A DNA stretch of 33,392 nucleotides, taken from Bipalium vagum. Its lineage: Eukaryota. A program made the translations under genes and the position numbers. Below, piece by piece: positions 10,835 to 22,600 of this stretch. Under the pieces are notes generated by a model, which worked only from the letters and a program-made list of their open reading frames with translations, was not told the DNA's origin and ran no database searches. The stretch covers positions 1 through 33,392 of the forward strand of contig JBBMKC010227212.1 of NCBI GenBank assembly GCA_037834085.1, read 5' to 3'. Numbering within the stretch: the stretch's first letter is position 1; each line of letters opens with the position of its first letter.

Positions 10835-12037
10835 TTACATTGCAGCGTAATTAGGATAAAATTGTTTCATAAAAATTTCAATTTCTTTTAATTCATTATT
10901 TTGTAAATATCTATGAGAAACCATAATTTCATAAATTTTTATATTTTCTGAATTAATTTTAAATGAAAAATTTTTTAATTACAAATGGATTCATATTTTT
11001 TTTCTGAAGTATAAAAAAATTTTATTTTATTAGACCAGACTAATGGAGTAAATCTTAAAAATATTAAATCAATTCCAAGAGCGAGAACTTTGTTCTCTAA
11101 GCCAAAGGCTGCTTTGCTTGCTTTAACTAACGTTTTTTTCTAAAGGTTTTCCATTTACCATAAAATAATTCCTATAAGTATTGTACCAACCAAAAACATG
11201 ATTATTTGTAGTTCCAAAATTTACAACATTATTGTTTGTGTATTCATTTTTACACTAATATTATTGTAAATTCGTCTTTTAAAGAGATATTCTTTCTCCA
11301 TAAAAATATCCAAAACTGGTTATATTGATTTTTAATTTTTCATTTGTTGCTAAAGCTTTCCAGTAAGAATGACAAATAAAAGGCGCACCTTCAGTGTTAG
11401 AGCCGACAGCTCGTTTATTTTTCATACATTTTTTTATAATCATCAACTGCTAAATATTTTTTTAATTTTAATTTAATATTAATAAAATATGAAAAATCTT
11501 TAAATTTGTTTAATTAATTTTTAATTTTTGTTATAAAATTTTAAATCTATTCGCTTTACACACATACCTTGCATTTCATTAACATCCTTTTCTATAGATT
11601 TATAATTTATTTCTATATCAGAATATTTTTTATTTATATTTTTTTCTATATCTTTATTAAAATTTTGATAGATTTTCTCAAAATATAATTTATTTTTATT
11701 TAATATATCTTCTAATTGTTTTTTATCATTATAAAAGTTTTGTTTAAACGAAATAAAATTAAAAACTGTTATACTTTTATTATTTATATAATCATTTTTT
11801 TATTTTCAAAAATTTGGTTTCATATTTTTTGTTCTATCTCTTAAACATTTTAAATTTACAACATCATTATCATTAATAGGATCATGAGTATCTATTATTA
11901 TTCATATTTAAAATTCCTTTCATAGAATCTCCTGTAACATTTAAAAATTTATTTTCACTTTCATCTCTAATAAAATCAATTTCTTCTTTAACCTCATTTT
12001 CATTTTTAGCAATATTAACAAGTACTTTATCGGACAT
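10835..12037 (-). pseudogene. Fibre/spike-like viral structural protein remnant
   Basis: N-terminal FLNVTGDSMK-GILNMNNNR..DPINDNDVVNLK is a GDxMxGxLxM / DP...D.VN fibre-type repeat. The middle is coiled-coil-like. The C-terminus IYEIMVSHRYLQNNELKEIEIFMKQFYPNYAAM* resembles the end of LamG/concanavalin-like head domains. Confidence 0.55.
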
Positions 12038-12149
12038 TTTTAAAAAATCTATATTTTTAATTCATGTGAGCACTCATGAGAATATGTTCGAATTTTTAAT
12101 TTTTCTAAATGAACGTATTTTAAATTTTCTAAAATTTCATCAAATTTTT

Positions 12150-12357
12150 TTCCATTATATATATATATATATATATTTGATATAATGGAAACCACCTCCG
12201 CGTAAACCACCTGGTTTTTGTTCTTCAGTTTGATTATTAACTTTTTCATTAATTATTTTTTTGGATAGATATTTCTTTTCTCCTTTAAAAGTAATTGTTT
12301 TTGATTTTCCTACCTCAATAATATTTTTAATTTATCCTCTGTGATTTCTGTAGTCAT
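12150..12357 (-). pseudogene. Small basic core-protein-like remnant with LRGG motif
   Basis: MTTEITEDKLK/IIEVGKSKTITFKGEKKYLSKKIINEKVNNQTEEQKPGGLRGGGFHYIK, in a different frame from listed ORF 12049-12249. (M/L/I)xGG is the adenain consensus cleavage site. Confidence 0.4.
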
Positions 12358-12639
12358 TTTTTGGAAATAAATTTGAAAAAAATTGTTATTTCTTTATAAA
12401 AATTGAAAAAAAATTTTTTTAATTTTTTAATAAAAGATTTATAAAATTTAAGAATTAATATTATTAATATTGTAATTATAATTATAGTATTAGTTAATAT
12501 TTTTTAGAATTTTATAATTATATTAACGATAAAAAATAGGCGATTAATATATAAAATCAAGAATTCACACTTTTAACCAATAAAAATACATAAAAATAGA
12601 AAATAAATATTGAGACAAATTTAAACAATTAAAGCTATA

Positions 12640-13250
12640 GTATTTTTTATCACATAAAATTTCAATTGTTTTGAAATGTTTTTTTACAAAATAAATAGAT
12701 TAACCATATTTGAAAATATTTGTTTTCTTTTCTAAAAGAAAAGATCTACATAAAAAATTAATATATTTTCTAGAATATTTAATTCCATTAGTCTTAAGGA
12801 TATTTATATAATTTCTTTTGGATAAAATCCTTATTTTTTCAAAGGCTTCACCTTGAATAGCATAAATTAATAATTGATCCTTTAATTTATATTTTAATTT
12901 GAGGTCGCATTTTTTAATTGTTGCTAAACAATTTTTTACATCTAACAAATTGAAGTAATCTATGAAAAATATTTCCTTATCAATTTTTGAGTTCAATATT
13001 TTCCTCAATAATTTTAGATTTTTTGTTCTTTTGGAAATTCCACGATAATTTCTTCAATAACTCCATCTTTTTCTGTCACTGGAATATCTACATATTATGT
13101 TTCGTTTGATATTGACATTTCTTGATCTTCTGTAATTTTCATATATTTATTTTGAAAACTGGAACATAGAGTTATTAATTCATCATCATGAATATTTAAA
13201 TAAATGCAATCGAAAATCATATTTAATTGAGTTTTCATTTCTATTCCATT
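12640..13250 (-). pseudogene. Polinton-associated hypothetical protein remnant (includes ORF 12700-13008)
   Basis: LLIYAIQGEAFEKIR...IKYSRKYINFL...SIYFVKKHFKTIEILC resembles an uncharacterised ORF I recall from animal Polintons. It is co-oriented with the module. Confidence 0.4.
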
Positions 13251-13654
13251 TTTCTAAAATAAATATATTTAAAATAATCATTAAAGTGACCTATGGATAA
13301 GTGTCTTTTTAAAATTAATTTTAACAAAACTAACCACATAAAATAAATAAAAGAAAAATAAAATTTTTACTTTCTCTGTGATGATAAAATTGTGATAATT
13401 CTTATAATGCTTAGTAACAAGGACAATTAAGACAATTGTTATTAATTATTCATATAATCAATAACAATCTTTTAATTGTTGCATTATTAATACAATGTTG
13501 ATAGCATCAAATAATAAAATATTTTTAATTTGATAAAACAAATAATATTAATAAAAATAAAAATATTATATAAAAATTTTAAAAATAATTCATCTTTAAT
13601 TTAATTATTATTTTAAATCCTCGAATAAAGAAAATACATAACCCACATTTTTAA

Positions 13655-14880
13655 TTAATTTAATACGTAATTCAATCCTCGCATGATTAATTTGTCAAAA
13701 CCTGACATCAGATCATACTCCAACTGCAGCACTCGGCTCTCCATATGGGGGTAGCCTCGCTCATACTGGACTATATAAATGAACCCTTCCGTGCATAAAG
13801 GGTTAAAGCAAATGCGGAATTTTCGAGAAGGCGACAACCAATGAATATTATATACTATCAAAGGGATTCGTTCAAGAAATATATCAAGAGCGTATCTCAA
13901 TCCTGCCCGTTGAGTTAGCAATGTCTCCACAAGAGTTTTCCTTATTTTCATTCTTGTATAATTATACAAGGCAGTTGTGTTTAGATCTAGTGTCTCCCAT
14001 GATAAAGATTTTATTGTCTTTCAAATTGTAATAGAGTTTTAGTTTCGTAGGCTGATATATGACCATCTTCAGTCACTTTAAAACCTACCTTATGTAAGAA
14101 TTCGACTGAGAATTTCGAGTATCACACTGGAAACGACTGACTAGGCACTTTAGTGATAGCTACTCGTCCTGTCGAATGACTGGTGTCCATTGCAAAGACT
14201 GCTGATCGTCTCCACGTGATTGAAAGTTGCTGATCAATTCCTAAGTATACCCAATATGCCGAAGATCCTAATACTGGAATTGCTGTATGATATACTACAG
14301 GGAGATCATGAGTCAAGTAAACTCCATTAGGTAGAATATCATTCAATCCGCAATTAGGATGATATACAGGGATGAAGTATGCTTGTAACAATTCATTCAA
14401 AAGTGTTGTGCTCCCATGCTTGATTCTTATTGAGGTGTCTAAGTCTATCGTCAAGAAACATGAATCAGCACAAAAGGCAGACATATAGGACACATACACG
14501 GCCAGGTTTAAACGCTTTAAATGTGTGTAATGCCACAATCCTTCTTTACAACGTAAGTTAATTATTATAAAAAAAATAAGTTAATCAACAGAATATAATC
14601 GGTTTCACCAAAACGAATTCTTTTCAGATCCGCTGACTATTAGCTGAGCTCTTTCGGTTCGCTTAGAAATAGTCCTCTGGTGGGGAACCTAGACATAATC
14701 CTGTAATACTGAAATGAATCAACATTCTTGGTATTGTGGGTAACGTCAATACGTCTTTCAACAATATCAATTATATGCATCTTTTCAATATTCAATATCT
14801 TTGCTACAGTTTCATTTTTTTTTCTTTATTTTCGTCTCTATTCCTGGGCGAAAAGATGGAGAACCGCATCTTTTTTTAAA
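13655..14880 (-). pseudogene. Disrupted ~400-codon orphan gene (joins ORFs 14122-14538 and 13655-13969)
   Basis: GC-richer than the flanks. The frame continues past the TGA at 14122 (PV*YSKFSVEFLHKVGFKVTEDGHISAYETKTLLQFERQ), and one frameshift leads into the 13969 ORF. Removing a 23-bp insertion at 14563-14585 restores the frame upstream (RRIDVTHNTKNVDSFQYYRIMSRFPTRGLFLSEPKE..RIRFGETDYILLINLRCKEGLWHY). Family not recognised. Confidence 0.6.
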
Positions 14881-15839
14881 ACTGTTTCATTATTGATAGA
14901 AAATATTATCAGTAATACTTAAATTATTGTTAAGTACTTCTCCTTTTCTATTCTATGAATTATGGGAAATATTTTCCAACGATTAATTATTTTACTATTT
15001 TTATTTATAACATTTTATTTTATTGAGTTTTCACACCCTTTACGGCTCTTACTATTTACTATTCGGATTGTGCTTCAGGACTACCCCAACACTTTGCTTT
15101 TTCCTTTATCTCATTTACTAACTGACAAGACTTCAACTTGAAATTTATGTGAAATGAATTATTCATATTAAATCTTGTTCAAGGAATATGAATCAAAGTA
15201 TTTTTATTAATCGCAATAAGCAATTGGATTTTTGGTTGGGAATTATCGGTATACAGACTGAAAATGACTTGAAGTTTATCACATAAGCTAAACCATTACT
15301 CTCGATGAATATGTATAAAAAATTAGAAAGACATCTATGCCTATATCTCGTAATATTGTATATTTGAATAAATTGAATTCATTTTTGCAAATTTGGATTG
15401 CATCAAATAATCATTGTTATTCAATAATATACCTATTGGTTGCTTAAGTTTCTAATCTAATGACCATAATTTTTTAAAATAAAAATATATCAAATTTTCC
15501 AGCTTTATGACCGTAGTGTGTTCAGAACCACATTTGGTTTGATTTTTCATTGATGTTTTCATTGGAATTTTATTTTAAAAATTGCTGATTTTAAATTTTG
15601 AGTTGCATTAACATCACAAATATCATCAGAAGATATTTAATACTTTATGATTATTGATTTATTCGATTGGATAATACATTTGAAGTAGCTATTATATATT
15701 TAAAGCAATTGATTCAACTTTATTTTAAATTATTTAATTGCATAATTTTCAAAGATAAATCATAGACAGATATGGTTAAAAAGTCAGCTCCATGATACTA
15801 AATTATGATTGGATATTGAATAATAAAAATATCAGATAT

Positions 15840-15950
15840 TCGATACCCTAAGAAAAATATTTCACATATTTGCTTATCTTTGTCGTACAGGATTTATTAT
15901 TGATTGCAAGTATCTGCAGGTCATATTATTATTAAATATCTATTGGAATG
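15840..15950 (+). pseudogene. Possible F-box motif remnant
   Basis: Across two frameshifts: IP*E / IFHIFAYL / VQDLLLIASICRSYYY, compared with the consensus LPxEIxxxIFSYLxxxDLxxxSxVCRxW. Confidence 0.3.
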
Positions 15951-16939
15951 TCGATAGTGAAAATGACTTCATCTAATTTAAAGCAAATTTTAATACTGCC
16001 ATTGAAAATATTAATCACAGATGTCTTCATAAGATTCATAGAAAAACTAAAAATAAGAACAAAAATCTCGATTAATCAAAAACACAATTTAATGATCTTC
16101 GTTGGGTGCCTTTATAATTTCACTTCAGAAAAGGTCTGAACAAAACCCATTGAGAGATTCATTTAAAATATAAGGGGATTGGAACACGGAAATATCATTA
16201 TCAATAGAAGGTATAACATTTACCAAAAGTAAAATATAAATAAGGCTGAATTGGCCTGTTTGGTTAAGAAAAAGCAATTAAGAATCTTCGTTATTTTTGA
16301 TTCAGAAAAATAGAATGATTTGCAATATGGAGACTGTAAGCATTAAATTAAAATTATTATATTACTATTATTATAAAAGCATAAATAAAGCTCTTAGATA
16401 TTTATGTATAAAATACCATATATTACATAAATTAGGAAAGTTATAATTAACAATTTATGTATATTGTCCTGTCCTTGGCATTAAGGGTGAAGCATTAGTG
16501 TGATCTCAATTTCTATATAAATAGAAACCTGTGTGGCCCATGAAATCATCCCTATGAATAAATACTATCTCATATGAAAGGAATTCTGGATGTAAATAGA
16601 GCCAATTATGTCTTGACTGATCTAATTTTTTAAAAGGTAATTGATAGGTCTGAAATTGTCTACGGGATGGGTTGACAGGGGTTGATTTATTAATATTATT
16701 TGTAGTCTTAATCACAATTTATTTCCAATTTCAGGCACATATATATGACATCAAATATATATTGAGATATATATAGGAAATAGAATTTGGTTCTGTTCAA
16801 TAATCTAAAAACACTGCAGATGAGTTCCTAACTCGTGGTGCAATATGCCTACTCTTTCCGCAAATAATTTTATCAATATATATAGTTATTGGAAATTTTG
16901 TAATAACAGAAGGACCAAAATCATAAATAATTAAGTGAT

Positions 16940-16942
<3 letters not shown>

Positions 16943-16981
<39 letters not shown>
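16943..16981. repeat. (TA)n microsatellite
   Basis: Direct observation; a shorter (TA)n lies at ~12157-12176. Confidence 0.95.
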
Positions 16982-16984
<3 letters not shown>

Positions 16985-17835
16985 ATTACCGATTTAATAT
17001 CTTAATTTCTCTATACAATTATTATAATTATATAAAGAGCCCCATGGATTGCAGCTAATATAAAACCGAGCATGTATGTTGTGATATTTAAAAGACAAAT
17101 TACTAACGAAAACTTTAATATTAGAGAAACAGAAAAGTAATTTCGCTTTGTACAGAATTTTTATTTTACAAAATTTACACTTTGGCGTATAATGATTATA
17201 TATTGTTATTTCAATATTTTTAAGTTTAGTTACTTGATTTCTATTATACTTTACCATAAAAATCAAAGAAAATAGAATGATAACCGAAGTAGCTCTAGTT
17301 AATATTAATTAGCTCACAGATTATTTTTATCCTCATAATAGATATATATAATGTATAACTCATCATTAATATATTTGTAAAAAGTTATATATTAAAGTAT
17401 ATAAAAAAAAAGTATATATAAAATTAATTCAAACATTAGATGGTAAATCTTTAACTAGTTGTGAGGTTTAACTTTAAGACTCGCAGTTTTAGGTTCTATA
17501 GAAAATGATTTTAATATTACCATCCATATTTATAGTTAATAATAAAATATTTTAAAATTTATAATATCGAAGTATTCTAATTATTAATAATTAGGGTATG
17601 GGTCCACTTCAACTTTTTGGAATTTTATTTGGCACAGTAATGGTTGTGGGTTGAACACCGCTGTACTAATGCAATATTTAAATTAAAACTACTTTTAAAG
17701 TAAAAATTACTTTTAATTATTATAAATATGAGGGGGGGGGGGGTATTGCAGAGATAAATAAACATTTATAATTTATTAATAAAAATCAGAATTTTGAAGA
17801 TCTAATAAATAATTATATTGAAAATATGATTTAAG

Positions 17836-18652
17836 TGTTAGGTAGTTCAACTAACTATCACCAACTCAACACAAAGTCTCCAATTATTAATTAATAAAAA
17901 TGAAAGAATGATGTTGCAGTTTACTAAGATATATTTGTATCGAATAAAATACAATGAATCGATTGATAGAACAATTTAGGGTGCTTCAAAATCTTAATAT
18001 TTATAATCTTATTTTGTTTTAATTAAACAAAAAAAAACCTTAATGACTAATGATAGTCTAGTTAAGTTCTAAGGCAAGCTACAAATCTCCATCTAGTAGT
18101 GTTGAGATTTTGAGTTTGGATCAAGCTAGAGTTTTAGATGATTCTCAAGTGGACAAAGATAGAACCCCTTGAATATCTTAATTAGAAGGGTTCTCTTACT
18201 AAACGTTCTCGTATAAGAATTATCATTAATTTTATTTAAACTTAGTCTAAATTATAATAGTTGATAGATCGAAAAAATTATAATTTTTTGAGTCAAGATC
18301 GATAAACTTTTTTGATTTATGAGATCATAAATAAATAAAGTAATCTTACTTGCAAAATTAAAATTGATCGGTGGTTAGTCCATAAAGCGAATAATACATG
18401 TATCGAAAATTTAGTGGTTTTAGTATTCTTGAGTCTGCTATCGAAATTGTTTTTTATTGTAAATCTGTCTGGAATTTTGTTTAGTTTTATTCCGTCACGA
18501 GATTTTTTCGTTATATTTTGAGTTTTGTAACAAATTTTCTCTGGGTTTATAACGATCTTAAAATAATTTTCTAACAACTGTAGTAATTGTTGGTGATTAT
18601 AATTCTTATTATACGTTAAGTTCTTTGTACATCTTTTTTTATTTTAGTAACA
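17836..18652 (+). mobile_element. Solo LTR (817 bp) with 4-bp TSD, Ty3/gypsy-like
   Basis: Begins TGTTA, ends TAACA, and is flanked by TAAG on both sides (17832-17835 and 18653-18656). Its 5' end is similar to ~21975-22030, and it shares ttagatgattctcaa with 32298-32312. Orientation is assumed. Confidence 0.7.
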
Positions 18653-20829
18653 TAAGCTACATTTTAAATTTTGAAAATGTAGTTTTTTATAATTTAAAGT
18701 AAATTTTTTATGATTAATTATTTTACTTATTTGTGAACTTTTTAATTGATTATTAATATAGAATTATTACTTTTGTGGATATTTCAATGGGGTTTTTTTA
18801 TTAGTGATTATTATTATTACATTTTACAAGTTTGAAGCTCACAACATTACAACATAAAAGATAAATTCAAACTTTTCAGACAATCAATTAAAATTTATTC
18901 TTACTATACCAAGCTTCATGCACTAAAATGAAAGATGGTTTATGCAATGGTCCCTTGATAGATCCACAATTTGGCTTGATTGCGTCATTTTTTCATTTTG
19001 GCTTTTTATTTTACTGGATTTGGCTGCTGGTTTGGCATTCTCCATACCTCTTCCTTCTTCATAGGTCTTATATTTAATTTTTCTCATAAAGAATAATTAC
19101 AGCTCAAATAATTGAGTTAAATTCTTTATTATATATAAACAGTTTTTGGATATTGATTTACAATTTTTGTTTCTTTCTAAACTAAATTAAAACTAAATAT
19201 TGAATATAAATTTTGCCAATCGATAATATTTAGCACATTTATATTAGGTCTTTACTTTTTGTAATATCAAATTCCATTGAATTCATCCTATTCTTGAATG
19301 TTTAATATCCTGTGAAAATTTTAGTTTTACTTTATGAATCTTCAATTTCAATTGATTGAATTAATAAAAAATTAGTTCCACTATATTTACTTTCATCTTT
19401 TTAAAAACATACATAAATATCTTATTTAATTTGTACTTTTAATCTGGAAATAAAGCTCGGTCAGAGTATGTTTCTAATAATTTTTAATATTATAATCTAA
19501 CTGAGAATTTGTTCTTTAAAATGTTTTATTATCATAATTGATATTTATTTTCAAGTTTTAGAAAATACTAATGAACTGTTTCTTCAAATTGAATGTCCGA
19601 ACATTTTCAGAAAATAATACTCAAATTCATTATTATTCGTCATCTTTTGTTTAAGAACACCAATTTATAATTGATATAATTTAAACTTGAATGACAAATA
19701 ATTTTAAATTATTAGTCTTTATAATGTTTTGTTCAAAAATATTTCAGTCTTATTCAAATTAAAGTACCAACATCAAGTCTTACTAATATTGTAAGCAGAC
19801 AAATATTTTATATTTCTATTTTCTTATAAATCGTTAGATCCATTTTAATCGGAAGTATTTTTAACATCGTTCAAATATAGTTTAAAATTACTGCACGTTC
19901 CCAGGGACATTTAATTTCAATTTCTGTATCTTCTTATTTTAAAGTCATTTCTTCAAATAATCTTGGATAAAGGTGTTTTCTAATGTTATTTTAATATTTA
20001 AATACAATTGGTTAAATTTTAATTAATTTATAACAATGTACAGAAAAAAGTCTGAAATCTGATTAAAAATACAGTTTTTCTGAAATTTTTGTTCATTGGT
20101 TAGCTAATATGACATGTTCTAAATTTGGTATTATATCTTAATCCACCAACATTTAAAATAAAGTGCGTAGATATAAAAGTTTATTAATCGTACTACACTT
20201 TATCACAAAGGAAAATGTAAATAGTGTAGGGCCACGACTTCGATGATCCCACCAATATATATTATCAGTAAATCCAGCGACTCTTAAACTGGTTACTAGA
20301 TTCGGAACTCACCTTCAAAGCTTATGGTCGCTTTGGAACTGAATGTTCAAGGTCAAGCTCTTTTTACCCAATACTTCGCCATACTAATTATCATCATCAG
20401 AAGGTTATTTTGATACGGAGTTGGTTTGAGAAATAATTGGTATCCTGTATATTCTTCGTTGGTTTATACCCTTCCACCATGGTTTAAGACTGTACTTTGC
20501 ATCACTTTTTAGGGAAGATAATTCTAATCAATGCAAATATAAGCATCAAAGTAAACGAAGTTCTAAATGTATAAATTTAATATCTTAATATACTTTCAAA
20601 CAAATATATAAGGAACTCCATGTACCTATTGTAAAGAAATAAAACAATTTAGTTTTAATTTTAATTTCAATTCAGTTATTTAAATATATTATTTTCTTAA
20701 AAAATATATATTTGGTATATTAACAGTCGTATTATGAAAATATTTCTAAGTTTATTATTATTAGATTTTTATTTTTCATAAAATCCCCTTCTGTTCTTTG
20801 ATTATTTCTAAATATTTATATATTTATGT

Positions 20830-21080
20830 AAAATGTTGTGGGCGCCGAGAAACTCGTGACATGTCTCCAAATCAGTTGAAAACATTAAATCTCTCCTGTT
20901 TCGTTGTGGATTTCCTATTATAGGCGGTAATAAGATTAATTCCACTGATGCAACCATAACTTCATTAAGTTCACAAAGAAGAAATACTAACAGTAAATCA
21001 AAATATTCTTTTTGTCCAACATCTATCAATAATGAACTAATTTATTTATTAATAAAATGTTTTGTGCAATCTTGTTATTT
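20830..21080 (+). mobile_element. Possible second piggyBac C-terminal remnant
   Basis: Plus frame NIKSLLFRCGFP...SQRRNTNSKSKYSFCPTSINNE....IKCFVQSC resembles a decayed piggyBac cysteine-rich tail. Confidence 0.25.
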
Positions 21081-21969
21081 AAATTTTTCTTAATTTTATT
21101 AAATTTCAGTTCCATTTGAATTGTTTTATAAGATATTTTTTATCTTTTGACTGCTTTAGTTATTTTGTATCTATCCATGATATGCCCGTTATTATTTTGA
21201 GCTGCAAATAAAAATTTTTTCATTCAAATCAAACAATTGTAAAAATTTTCAAATCAAATAATATCAAATGTTTTAAATATCCATTATCAATTTTGGAGAG
21301 TTTTCCTCACTCTCCTGAGGTTCCTTTGTGATTTTCTCGAGTTGATCAGTCTTTGTCTTGAAGGTGTGTATGGGTTGAATGAGGTTGTCTATGGATTTTA
21401 TCGTAGATACACATTTATTTAATTTTATTTTTTGTAACTTTTAGCTCGCAATTTTGTTGACCCTTCACTTGTTACTAATGTGTTCGTGAATCAAAATAAT
21501 CTTTATTGTATGAATCAAATTAATCATACTAACCAGTACTAAATCAGTCACAATAATCTAAGTAAAACACAATTTCATAAACAAGATCGCATCAATCTCT
21601 TTGAATCAAGGGCAATGCTATAATATAAAAATTGATTATATGAATTAATATTAATTAAAAAAGAAGATCGAAAATCAAAATATTAATCAAGTTTAACATT
21701 ATCTCCTTATTAAATTGTTAATTACAAAATTGAAAGGATAATGATAAAATATAATGCAAAAGTAAATGATAAAACAATAATCTCACCCGAAGCGATCAAT
21801 AAGCCCCCGGCTTGTCCGCTAGACACTGAGTGGTCGCCTATGGATTCCCAAACTCCACGGAATCAATTGCATAAATTTTGCGTCATTATCATTAAAAATT
21901 ATTGTGTGATACTACTATACCTAAAACACAAATATATAAGGTAATTATAATATAAAATTATACATTTTT

Positions 21970-22600
21970 GAGTTCTTAGGGTAGTTTGCTAACTCTTTTT
22001 AACTCAACACAAAACTGCAAAACAATTAATTAAGAGAGCGAGGTTGCATATAAAATATACATTAATATTATCACAATTACGATTGTTAACCTGACTGATA
22101 CGTATTCCTGATTTTACTAAATTTTATTTTTTTTATTAAAGTTCTGATGATTATCGAGTAAAGTTAGTCTTGATAATCCTCAGAAAAGATCGCCAATCAT
22201 CACTTAATTATGTTACGATGTGAATTTTGAACCAAAGCGTCTTAATACTTTATTTGACCCTTTAGTGAGCGAAAGTAGCTGCTTCTCAAGGAGTTAATTA
22301 TGATTATTTTAAGGACGATTTAACGTTCCTTCTAATAAATGTTTATTTATGAAGAGAATGATATTTAATTTGAATGTTTAATTTAATTTATGAACAATCA
22401 AAAAACGATTTGTAACATAATTTTGATGCTTTTTGATATATTTGAATAATAATAAAATAATGATAGACTTTAAGATAATTTTTGTTTCTTAGGTGTGATT
22501 TTTATATCCGAAATTTTTTACAATTTAATAATTTATTGATTAATGTTACTAAAATTAAATGTTTATTTTCAATTCTTATATCATCTTATTATAGTAACTA
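21970..22600 (+). repeat. Diverged relative of the 17836 LTR
   Basis: ttagggtagtttgctaactc...aactcaacacaaa...attaattaa aligns with tgttaggtagttcaactaact...aactcaacacaaa...attaattaa. It contains a 17-bp-arm hairpin at 22142-22185. The 3' end is approximate. Confidence 0.45.

Larger units (their letters stand above)
8161..13250 (-). mobile_element. Degraded Polinton/Maverick (adintovirus-like) endogenous viral element, virion morphogenesis module
   Basis: Seven tightly packed, co-oriented, intronless gene remnants, including an A32-like packaging ATPase and a penton-like minor capsid protein (see sub-features). No pPolB, integrase, protease, major capsid or TIR was recognised in the window. 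Confidence 0.8.

Noticed and set aside
14630-14850. In-frame TAA/TAG codons in otherwise sensible frames (here, PABP, ATPase), suggesting a TAR=Gln genetic code
   Set aside because: The same remnants also carry TGA stops and frameshifts, and the 324-codon kinase is open in the standard code using CAA/CAG for Gln. Neutral decay explains the pattern.
17646-17671. hAT/Buster-like terminus (gttgaacaccgctg + tacTAatg), with a possible opposite end at ~6873
   Set aside because: No matching partner TIR with the same 8-bp TSD was found.
17732-17743. G12 homopolymer
   Set aside because: Isolated run with no associated structure; its length may be a sequencing artefact.
22142-22190. CTGATGA…GAAA resembling a hammerhead ribozyme core
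   Set aside because: GAAA is not adjacent to the putative stem II, and stems I and III are not evident. It is simply a 17-bp-arm hairpin.
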